Assembly: GCA_046563655.1 (NCBI GenBank)
Contig: CM102287.1
Coordinates: 10,044,001 to 10,108,000, forward strand
Reading direction: 5' to 3'
Length of the DNA: 64,000 bases
Origin: Yuukianura sp. NJ FZ-2021
Taxonomy: Eukaryota
Shown: positions 1 through 15,200 of the stretch, piece after piece
How the letters are laid out: each line of letters starts with the position of its first letter
How positions within the stretch are numbered: position 1 is the stretch's first letter
Notes under the pieces: generated by a model
The model's input: only the letters and a program-made list of their open reading frames with translations
What the model was told of the DNA's origin: nothing
Database searches by the model: none
Translations under genes and position numbers: made by a program

Positions 1-14
1 TTTCACGACGCCAA

Positions 15-3452
<3,438 letters not shown>

Positions 3453-4099
3453 ACTAAAGTGGATTTCATAAATTAGACTAACCTAATTCCTCACTTAACC
3501 TAATCGATTAGGCTAACAACCTAATTCAACACGAGGCAGAACGTGTGCTAGTTTCTTTTTTGAAAAAAAATGAATTCTGAAAATTGTGAAATTGTGAAAT
3601 TACTGTGTGTATTAAGCATGTGCGTGCCAAATTGAATTAGTTCCAGTTGAAATTGTACAGAACAAAGTGCTTCCGAGGAAGAAGATGACAATGAGATGAT
3701 AGTCACCCTGGTTAGGCTAACTTTAAGTTAGGCTAACATTAGGTTATGCTGAGATTAGGTTATGTTGTGAATAAATTGGAGTGGAGATGGTTGGATAAGA
3801 GAAAGCGGAGAAAGTAGTTTAATGGAAACTTTTGATGAGATGGAAATGGAAAGTTTATTGAGAATCCACTCAAGCACCAGATGATACCCATCTTCACTTC
3901 ATCTTAGTCTTACACTCTGACTCATACACTTTTCGAAAAAAAAGTTTTTCAAAAAAAATTCAAAAAAAAAAATTCGAAATTTTTGTGTCTCAAAATATTT
4001 CAAAATCCTACGCACTGTACTGCTGCTTCTAAAATTTTTGCAGTGGTTGGACGCCGATTGATAAAAACTGAAATCTGGGCTTGATAAATTATAAAAATT

Positions 4100-7000
4100 G
4101 TCTTCACCAGTTTTCTGGATAAAAACCACTGCAGCTTGGCCAGGTCAAAGGTCAAGTGCCCCACCAACATTTTTTTTCAAAAATGGTGGCTCGGTGGGTG
4201 GGTCTGGTGGAGGGTGGGGCCGGGTGGAGCCGAAGGAGGGGAGTCGTAAGTGCACTTTATGAGATAAATGAGTCTAATACTTTCCCTTTCAATCTTAAAT
4301 CTCCTTCATCCATTCTCGTCCTAAATGGAATGGAGAGACGCATCTCGACAGATCATTTTTCCTCATCTTCCTCCAAACCTAACTTTAGCCTAACCTTAGC
4401 CTAACTCTAGCCTAATCCAACTCCTAAAACCTAACATAAAACCCAACATCCTAAAACATACTGACACAAGATAAACGCCCCAATCTCATTCCGCCTACTT
4501 TCTTTTCTTTTACTGCTTTCTACTTTCACTGCCTAAAAAAAGAGGAAACAAAAAAGTCACTTCTTCAAAATTCAACAAAAACAACTCATAGAAATTCAAA
4601 AAACTCCTTTTCGAAAACTTGCTAAAAAGTTGACTTTTTAGTACAAATCTCTCAGTTTGTGAAGCTTTTTTCAAAACCGTCCAATAATTTTAACTTTTCT
4701 AAAAACAAAATTTTGTGTCTTCCAAGATTGTACTTCAGCTTCGAACTACCTAAAAATGTCTTTTGTAGAACATTTTCAAAATGTCTTTTGTTTTTCAAAA
4801 TTTCTTGTTTTTTTTTGAAATTGGTGGTCCGTTTTGGAGAAATTGTTTTGTTCAAACATGTTCTAAATTTGAAATTGGTTTTGGCGGGCTTTTGTGACTT
4901 TGTAGCAGTGAATCCATAATCGTAAATCAAAGGGACTTTAGTGTAGTCACTGCGGGGGAGTCTGAAATGGTTTCATTTAGCCACAAATTAACCAATTAAA
5001 GTCCAACTTTCCACAATCCAGCAAGTCCTTACTTGGTACACTTTGGACAAACACTTTCTCCCCACAAAGGGGTCGAAGGGCCCCCCCCCCTTTGCACTGG
5101 AGGTGATTAATGACCCTTAATTCCCTGGTGGTAAACCAAGGAAATTGGTTTCCGAAGGGGTCCCCTCCCCCTTCTTTCATGTTTTTGATTAAGGGTCCCC
5201 CTACTCCTTGCTTGTTGTTTAAGGGTCCCCCTTGTGTAATGGTAAATTGAGCAGAAATGTATACAGTGAGCATGTAATCGAACATGTAATTGGCATAATT
5301 TTACAATTTAAACAACCCTGGGGTGCGAAAAGGGGTCAAGTGCAGAAAGGGGGCCCTTAAATGTTAAGGGCTCACACACATGTCAACTTTAGTTTATACA
5401 AAGGTCAAATCCCACTTAACCCTTCTATCAAAGTGTTGATCCCTGCAGCCCCTTCAGAACTGTCGCACAATGCCCCAGTCAAAATTGAAATTTTTTGAAA
5501 CTTGAAAACTTTGCGATTTTTGGTACAGAATTGTTCAGATTTTTCGTATTTTTTAAAAAGTGAGAGAAATTGAGTAGGAAAATGACTTTTTTCATTGAAA
5601 TTTTGAGTGATTTGTTTGAAATGTGTTTGTTGTGTCGGGAGTTGTTGGGAGGGCAGGCGTCGTGTGGGCCCTTGACTTCTTTTCGGCACCTCTTAAGGGC
5701 CCTCACAAGACACTTAAGGCCCCCTTTAGCCAAGGGCCCTTCCACTAGATTAAGCTTCCGCAAAACAGTTTCATTTTCCCTGTTACAAGTGTGTTAAGCT
5801 GAAACTGAGCCCTTACTTCCTTTGCAACTGACACGGCGCCTCACTATCTCTTGGTCAGACGAAAAGTGAGCCCTTAAGGGCCCTCCGTCACACGAATCAG
5901 CAAATTCAGGTCAATAGTTGACCCTGCTGACCTCACAAATTATTGCTGACCTTATAAAAATGCTTAAACGCCGGTTATTTTTTTCTACAAAAAGTGTATA
6001 ATAGATTTTGTTCTAAACAAGTTTGGATTTTCTCTTCGTTGATTTCATGAATGGATGGAAAATCCTTCAATGAAATATTTTGTTTTAAAAAACTTTTTTT
6101 AAAAAGTCTGTTTTAAAGAAGTGTTTGAAAAGAAGCCGGAGTCTAAACAAAATTTGAGTCTCTCATTCATTTCCGCCTCTTCCGGAACAAATAACGATCC
6201 ACTTTGTGTTTTAAACTGTTCTGTTCTAAATGGCACTTAGCTCTCTTAAAATCCCACTTAACTGTTCTAAAACCCATTCTGTTCTAAACAAATCTTGTTC
6301 TAAATCTTGTTCTAAATGGCACTTAAAGTGGCTCCGCTCTGACGAGTGGCAGCTCAAAATCCATTCAAATCATTCCAATCTCTTGCCAAATTAAATAAGT
6401 GCCCACTTAGCACCTTGCAAATTATGAAACACTCAAAAAAACATAAAAATCAACACCATCATCCAACAGTCAGCAACTTTTTTTTAACAAAAAACTGAAA
6501 TTTCGAATTTCATTTTTGACCTAAACAGATGCTGAGATGCTGTTTTAAAAAAAAACTCAGTTTAAAACAAATGTTGAAAGTCAGAAATCTCAATCTGGAG
6601 CAAATCTAACCAGAAAACAAAAATTTCTGTGAAATTTGGAACAAATTTTTCTTCGAATGGCGTTCGATTTTTAGAAGTTCAATTTTTGAAATTCGGAATT
6701 TAAAAAATTTTCTTTTGCTTTTGATGAGTCTAAGGTTAGAGGTCAAGTTTGGAAATTTCGAAAAACTAAAAAAAAACGGTTTTTTGAAAAGTAGTAAAAC
6801 GATATGAGTGAATTGAGTCTTAAGTTTTTTTTACAACTTATGAAGCCATGAAGTAGAGGGAAGGTCACGGGGTCAAGTGACAACGGAAGGACTTGAGTGT
6901 GTCTTTATTGGAATCCAGAGTAACAATGGACTTGGAAGGGCCCCTTTGGAATTGCGGCAATAATCGTAAAAAGGGCCCCCTCCTAAGGGCCCCCCTCATA

Positions 7001-7100
7001 AAGGGGTCCTCATTCATTATATTATGACTCTGATTTATTTGACCTCCAATTCCAGGGTGTCATCCTACCACTTTGTCACCGACACCAACCAAACACTCTT
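4100..7100. promoter_or_regulatory. Putative eve downstream cis-regulatory region
   Basis: Non-coding, with GC-richer islands carrying clustered CACTTA(A/G), ATCAAAG, CACATG, GGCGCC and AAGGG(C/T)CCC words. Function is inferred only from position and motif clustering. Confidence 0.4.
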
Positions 7101-8598
7101 TTCTCTTCTAAAAGCTTGTTCTAAACTTTTGTTCTAAAAGTTGTTCAAATAGAACAACTTCATCTGCAGAGATTTTCAAAATGGGTGAAATCCAATTCTA
7201 AAAATGTAAAACTGAGGAGCCAGAACTGGTTTAAGATATTTTCAACTTTTTTGAATTTTTGAACAAATTCAAAATGTGGACGCCTGTTTGAAAACGGCGG
7301 AGGGTGTGAAAATTAGTTGATAAAAAATGAAACTGATTCTGAGTATTTTCCATGATGATTTTCAAATGAACTTCATTTCTCTTGTTCTAAAATTTAAAAA
7401 AAGAGAGGGGAGAAAGAAGAAATAAAAAAGCGGGAGAAAGTAAAAGTGGAGAAAATTGAGAAATAAAAGAGTTGCCGGGGTTCGAATCCCGCGAGGGCCA
7501 TTTGGAGCCACTTTTTTCTTTTGCACAGAGAACGAAACGCATCATCAGCAGCATCAGCTACGAATGAAACTTTTTTAAAAAAAAAGAGAGCCCGCTTTCT
7601 CTGTTTTTAAAAAAGTGAAAGTCCCCTGATACACTTGGATTTCATCAGTACACTTCATGATTCTCTATTATTCAGGAAATAAACTTTTGCACTTTTCTCA
7701 AAGCACGAAAAATTCAATTTCATTTGAGTTTCGTTTTTTTTTAAACAACTTTTTTAAAAAAGGTTCACATTTTATTGCTTTACAACCCTACGCCCACTCC
7801 CAACCAAAGTGAAAATCTTGAAATCTCAATTAGCCCCGGGAATGATTCACTTAATTTAATTTACACTTTTAAAAAAATTCAGGATTTCAAAAAGTTTGAA
7901 AAATTTCAAGATTTCAAAAAGTTACAAAAATCAAAATTGTCATGATTTCAAAAAGTTGAGAAACGGAAAGTCGAATGAGGAAGGTGAACTTTCTTCTGCT
8001 CTAAAATCTTGACCAACACTTTTTGAAAATCTTGTTTGGATTTCAAAATTTTCAAAACAGTTGGTGGGTGGAGTAATTTTTTTTGGTTTTATGACTTTTC
8101 CGTGTGATAAGTGGATAATTTTGTTTTTAAGGGTTTCTCATTAAACCAAGATCATGTTCACTCATAAACTCATTTTCAAAATCCGGTTTTCTAAATTTGG
8201 AAATGACTTTTTTAGAAAATTGAGAACAGGGCACCAGATGAGCCTAATCCATCATGCCCAATTTAGATTCAATTACCACTTTCACGCCAAGTGTCTAAGG
8301 GAAGGATTCAAAGTGACCTCATGGGAATAAGTCCCCCCTTCAAATTTCTATAAGTCCCCCCCCCCTTAAACTAAAAAACGAAATTAACAAAACTGTCAAA
8401 ACACTTGACTCCCTCAGTGGATTTCGACAATCAATCATTCCCACCCTCCAAAATTTAAAAAAAGCTAAGATTTTTTTCAAAATTTAGACTAAGTTTTTAG
8501 TTTATTTTGACACTTTTGAAAATCTAGTTTCCAAATTTTGGAAAAGTTGAAATTTTGGAAATTTTGACACTTTTTGGAAGAGAGAGGCAGACTAGAGG

Positions 8599-10833
8599 TC
8601 AGCGAAGGGCCCACCCTGCTAAGATTGCCACAAACGTTGTCGCCATGACGACGTGTCCCTGCAGTCCCCCTGTTGCAGCAGTGGAGCCACCCATAGCTTT
8701 GGTTGAGTTGGCCAGAGCCTGATTGAGGGCCCTTAGCAAGGGGTACTTGAGTCCACAGTTGCCCAGGAAGTCGTCAGTATCTACTGACCAAACCATGAAG
8801 CCCTTAAGGCCCCTCTTCACCCCAAATTCCACCTAACAAATCAACACAACAACTTTTACAATACGCTCCCTCAACAATCAAAACTTTGGACACAACAATA
8901 GAATCGTAAAAGTTGAAATTTGTGGCACGTAGCCAAGGGCCCTTGCATTAAGGGCCCATGGGTACTTGACCTTTGAAATTGACCCAGTGGGGTAACTTAC
9001 TTTGCGCTGAATACTGAGTGGATCGTCGTAAGTCACCCACTTGTCACTGTCACGAATGAAGGGCACTTGGCCTTCGTCGTCCCAAAACTTTTCCCAGCCG
9101 GGGTTCGAGTCCAGCTCTCGGCAAATCTTAAAAAAAAAAAATTAAAAATTTGGTTTTTCGAAATTTTATATTCTAATTTTTCCTAATTATTGACCTCGTT
9201 GTATCCTAGAAATCCGTCTTCTTTTGTAAAGGGCCCTTGAAATCCTGTTGGATTCGCAGGAAGACCAAGACCGTTGTGCGACTGTGCAGAACCGTTGTTC
9301 TTTTCGTGTACGTGTTCATGCGTGTTTGCGTGTACGTGTTCATGCGTATTTGCGTGTACTTCATGCGTGTTTGCGTGTTTGAGCAAAAACGTTCTGCCGT
9401 AGAACGGAACGCCAAGGACCAGTTTGTTGGCTGGTACGCCTGCGCTGAGGAAATAGTCGATGGATTCTGTGACGTCGTGGGAGGAGCCATGCAACGGAGC
9501 GTTGTGATTGGTCAGCTGATCCCACGCACCGTGATAGTCATAGCACATTACGTGAAAGTGATCTAACACGGCAGCAAGTTCGGGCAGTTCGTACGCCGCG
9601 GCGGCGAGTGTCGTCGATGCTGAAACGGCCGCGGTGAGAAGCAGTTCGAACGGCTTAAAAGCTTGACGAAGTTCCTTGAAGTTCAAAATTTGTTTTCAAA
9701 ATTCAAAAATTTAAATATTGAAAATTCCAAGTTCAAAATTTGAAAATCCTGCCTGCATTAAAACAGTGAAGAGTTTTCTGTCTTCGGGAACACCACCGCG
9801 ATCTGTTGGAAACTCCCAGTCAAAATCAAGTCCATCAAAGTTGTGTTTCCTTTTCAAAAAATCCAAAATCTTCAAAAACCGAAACTTTTTTTTTTCAAAC
9901 TTTTCAAAATTTTGAAAATGTACCTCACAAATTCTAATACAGATTGGACAAACACTTTTCTAGAGTCATCAGTTGCTACCATTTGAGAGTACTTTGCACT
10001 GCCTTCATTCCAGCCACCAATGGCCACAAGGACCTTCAAGTGGGGGTACTTATTACGGAGGGCAGTGGCCTTGCTGTACCAGCCTATGAAACATTTCCAA
10101 ATTTCGAAATTCAAAATTCAAAAAACTTCAAAATTTTAATTTTTTGACCTTTGCCATAATCTTCTTCTAGATCCAAATAAGGGTCCATGGACTGAATAGT
10201 GTTAGTGTCGTTGTTGAGCCCTGCGAATGCGTAGACAAGGTGTGTGCAGAGTGCAGGGTCAAAGTGCCCTTGAAGGTCAAAGGCCCCCTCCCCTGCTCTG
10301 TACGTCGCCCAAGTACCCACGTAGCACACAACAACTTTCCCGTGACCTTTGACATTCAAAAAAAATCATTCAGCAAAAACTTCACCAAAAAATGAAATTG
10401 AGATTTAAAAAAATGTTAAATTCAAAAACCCATTGGATTAAAATTTCGTTTTGTAAAAGAATTGAAGATTAATTAGACGCTTAGTTAAGATCCGTAAATT
10501 GTGGTAGTTGTAAAATTTAAAGTTTAAATTTTTTTGTAAGATTTTAAAAATTTGAATTTGGTCACCGCTTGCCGCCATTTTGGAGTCGTCTGCTGCTTCA
10601 GTTCCCGATCGTGCCAGTAATGTTTGCACAACCAGGAAACATAGGACCTCTCTGACCCAGAGGTCAACTCTACAAAATCACAAAAATTCAAAAATTTAAA
10701 ACCTCAAAAATTCAAAAAACAAAAAATTCCTTTAAAACGTAAATGTACTTTGTGTACTTTTTGTTGTGTATTTGTTCTAATTTGCAAAAATGTGAATGTA
10801 AACTTACGGGTTTTTGAGCTTTGAGTAAAACAT
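8599..10833 (-). CDS. GH18 chitinase (Cht2-like), multi-exon, with hydrophobic C-terminus
   Basis: Exons give KVVVCYVGTWATYR, CTHLVYAFAG, LKVLVAIGGWNEGS, the intact catalytic FDGLDFDWE, MCYDYHGAW, KLVLGVPFYGRTF, WVTYDD and GFMVWSVDTDDF. The probable first exon is 10808-10833. Confidence 0.93.
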
Positions 10834-12217
10834 GTGATTAGATAATCACAGAAATTGTCGAGGTTTGCTAAAAACGGAACAGTTAAAGCCGTTTATGTCC
10901 AAATGACTGTCTAAATAGGCGTAAAAACAATGGTTTTTTGCAAATAACTGCTAAAAGTGTTGCAAATTTTAAAAAGTAGTGAAGATGTGTTTGTGTTTTG
11001 CTCAGTTGGAAATAGGTTATGTGACCACTTTTCCTTTTGTTCGTCTGTCAGTCCCTTTCAATTACTGTAAATTACACATGAATGCCTCAAGGCAAGGAGA
11101 ACTCCATTGTTACTCACAAATGAACAAGATGGAGTACAGACGTACTTAAAACTTCAAATTCGCAAAATATTTCATACTTGCAAAAAGAAATTGCGACAAT
11201 GTTTTTTTTCTTGCAGAAAAAAAAACTAACAAAAACTCACATGAGCCAGGAAAGGAAGGAAGCGGACATGGACAAACCGCAAAAAAAAAGTTCTAATATC
11301 TATTCTGCTTTTGTTTTTTGCAAATTCTAATTGTGTAAATTGGAATTTTAGTTTATGCTAAAAAAAATTTGAAGAAACTTTTTTCTCGAAATATTTTGAA
11401 ATTTGAGACTAAGCGTATGAGATCCATCTTGTGCATGATTCGGAGATGTCACCGAATTCCGTGAGATTCGGACTTATCGATTTTCCTTGTTTAAGAAAAC
11501 ACGAATCGGGTAAAACTTTTTGTGCTGTTTAGAATTAAAGTTTCACTGAAATCCTTAACTTTGCAAAATATTTGCAAACGTGTGCAAATTTTTCAACAGA
11601 GCTTTTACGCCATAAACTTAAATTTACGAAGGATTAGACGTAAATTGCGCAGCAGAATATTTGAACGACGTTGAACTTCGAGTGTCAAAAGGTCAAACAT
11701 TGTTTAATCTGTTTTGGTGCTAAAAAGTTTTATGGTGGATTTTTATTTTATGGTGCAGCAATTAACGAATTAAGCTCAAATCCTCTTCGAAAATGGCAAA
11801 GTAAGAATACCACAAATTTGCAATTTCAAATTAGCAATTTGCAAAAAAAAGCTCGTATACTAGTAACACAATTTGAGTCTTAACAAAGGAAACGGTACCG
11901 GCCTGTAAAAAGTAGACTATTAAATTTGCAATGTGCAAAATTTTTGCGAATTGGAAATCTTTATGGTTCGTTCCCGTTTTCTTCACGCTAGCAGGCGGGG
12001 ACATTGAAAAAATTTAAGATTTTTAGTTTGACAGTTGAATTGGAATGGAGTATGAGGGGGATTGGCAAATTTTTGGCAAAGATTGCAAAAAATTCGCAAC
12101 ATGACAATAATTCCCCATTGTTCTGTTCTTAGACTTCCAATTGTTGCGGATTTGGAACTTCTGAGTGACTTGAGTGAGGCGTCGTCCTATGCTGATGCTC
12201 GGGCTGACACACCGACC

Positions 12218-15200
12218 ATGGCAGGTCAACATCAGTCCGACTCCGAAGTAAGTTAAATTCGCGAATTCCAGATTCGCGAAAAGTTTTTCGCGAATTCAAA
12301 AAGTTTGCAAAAAGCTTGCGTTTAGAAAGTCATAAACTTTAATCCCAACCCAAGTCTGGATTAACAAATTTCGCAAAAACTTTGTGCTCTTTTTAGCAAC
12401 TTTTTTTGCAGTTTTGTCGCAGCGTGATTTCCCAAATGGGATAGGCTTAGACATGATTAATTTCTATTAGTTAATGCTTTAATTGAAGATTAGTTAATCA
12501 CAGTTAACTAATTCCTGAATGTCACCCCCACCATAAGCAAAGTTAAAGTTTGGGCTTGAGCCAAATTGGCAATAGCGAGGGAGTGACAGCTTTTGCATAT
12601 TGGCAAATTCGCAATTTGAATTTGCGAATTTGTGCATGAACAGTCCTCAGAGACTTGCAGAGTCAGTTTAGCTGTGCAATTTCACGAGTCAACAACAATA
12701 GGAGTCAAGACCATCTTCATTTCACAACAATTAAAAGCACACCGCACCCCACGAGCCTAAAGTTACAAAGGTCAACTTCAAACAACAAGTTTTTGTGTCT
12801 GCGCATGAGCAGTTTGACCTACAAGCTGAGTTGGAAGTCAGGTCAAAGGTCAACTACATTTCAATCAGTGTTTTTGGATCTGGAAGGAGAGAAATAGCTT
12901 GTGACCTTGACCCATCTAAAAATCGCTTTGTACATTTTCGGTTGAAGTACGGAAGGAATCGTTTAGTGTGATCATGGAAAACGTTTTCTTGTGAACATAC
13001 AATTTGGTCCTTGTTTGTGGTTAGAGTGATTGGATTTCATTGGATTCCCAAGTGTAACTGGTTTGTTTTTCTTTGTACTGTTTGTTATTTTGGCAAGTTC
13101 TGCAAAATTTGAAAAAATCTGCAAACCAGTCTTCCAATTTTGTGGTTGAATACATACAAAAAGAGTCCAAGGTAATTAAATTAAAGTCAATATAAAATAC
13201 TTAAGCTCTGTAATAATCAGCTCCAGAAAGTTATTCAAGGTAGGCATTGGACTAATCAACGAAAAGGAGAGCATGGAATCAGGAAATTCTTCAGTAAATA
13301 ATCATTAAATCGTTCAGAAATCGTTTCCTGGAAAGTCCATCCTGGAAAAGAAAGACAGAAATAAACAGATAAACTCTGAGAGGGATACAGTTCTTGACAT
13401 AGTGACCTTTGACCCGTGACGTAAGTTTTCCTCAGAGAGATTCCATGACCAAACTTAGGCAACAAGGGTGGGGAAGGGGGTAGTACTTATTTGGTAAAAC
13501 AGCTGACATTGTGCCTTTTCCTTGTGGGGACACAGAGGCCTTCAACCCTTACTTCAACCACTCCCTTCACTTTCATTTCTAATTTAGCCACTTTAAAACC
13601 CTCGATTGATTTTAATCTTGTCCTCGATTACCAATTGACTTGTAGCTCAACAGCAACTTAAAAGGCTCTCGTGTCAATTGAATTGAAGTGGTTAAAATGT
13701 TAATTGAGTTCAATTAACTTGTAACGGACATCAACATCCAGATCAAAGGTCAATCACACTTTTGTCTCCCGCCCACTCAACTCCTACACAAACAATAACA
13801 ATGGAATTTGACATTGGAAGTGGATCATCTCTTCTTCAGTAGCTTCATATCCACGGAGAGTCATCGTGAATCATGAGTCATGATTCATGACTCTTAAGAG
13901 TCAGTAAGGAAATCGTGATTGAATCAATCAGGTGTCGGTGTTGGACAATTTACAGGTATCTTCTAAGTTAAGGATGATTAGGGAGTGATTACTGAAATTA
14001 AGTGTTCTTGGGAGGTTAATCATTTGGATTCAATTGACCGGGGGATAAGAATACTAAAGGAATTGCTAAGTTACCGTTGTTGGATTGATACCATGGTGGT
14101 TGCATTTGCGTGTCTTTGAATGATAGAGGGGGTAGAAAAGAAACAAGGACGAACAATTTAAGTATCTGTTCTTATTCATCGTAACTTGGGAAAGAAAGAG
14201 TCGTTCCCTGAGACCTATTTCGTGTATCTATTATTCAATTATTAATCAGCTACTAAACTCTTCTCTAATGCTCTTTTGTTGTTGTATTTTTTAGGACACT
14301 CTGAGTAGTTTGAGCTTTGATGAAGATGGGATTCTAAGTCCGACGTCCGGTGGGAGTGACCTTGACCTTGGAAAGAAGTCACCAGTTCCCAACATGTTGG
14401 CCACCGTATCTTCACCAACAGTCACTTCCTTCCAGCCACCGCCCGTGCCAGCTCCTCGTACGCGTCTACAAGGACCGTCTTCAGGAACATTCAATCATCC
14501 AGTACCGGACAATACAGTACCGGCAAAACGTCCTCCTGTCGACATTAGAATCAATCCGGCACCGATGATGGACGACCGAAACAGTACCGGTTCATCTGAT
14601 TCTGTTCATCTCGACTTGGATCTTCCTTCACCAACTGGCTACAAAGCTCCGACAGGTTAGGTGACATTTTAAACATATGCAAAATCATTCTCAACTTTTA
14701 ATTTCCCTGTAACTTCACGAATCACGATGGGCGAATGTAATTGACAGCTTAAGAGTCACCGTCACGTACTGCCAACTTTCACGCTCAAATCAATTAAACT
14801 TTTGATTTCAGACGGAAGTGTTTTCAACTTTATACTGCCAGTACTTGGCAGTATGTGACTTTGAGCGTATCGCCGGAAATGAATCTGTGATTAACTTTTA
14901 CTAATCCAGTGTTCTGAAGAGCCGGAAGTGTCAAAAGGGGCGGAGTCAAAAGTGCAAAAATTGTCATCCCCCTTTTCATGGCGTAAACAAACATAAGAAG
15001 ATGCAGCTGAGATAGCCTCTAATTGACACTTCTGAGTCTTCAGAAATTCAGAAATTGCAAAGCAGAAGTGAGATTTTGTTTTTGTTTCAGTTATGGGGTC
15101 AGGAGAGCTAAAACTGAACTATGAGTTAGACTTTTACACTGGGTTAATTAATGCTAACGGCACTTCTCTCACTTCCTTCACACACTTAAGTATAACAGTT

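Noticed and set aside
3470..4440. TTAGG/CCTAA-like words resembling the arthropod telomere repeat
   Set aside because: Degenerate and dispersed, with no true tandem array.
7470..7515. GGTTCGAATCCC T-loop/B-box followed by an acceptor-like end and a T-run
   Set aside because: No D-arm, anticodon arm or A-box upstream. At most a tRNA/SINE fragment or isolated B-box, not a tRNA gene.
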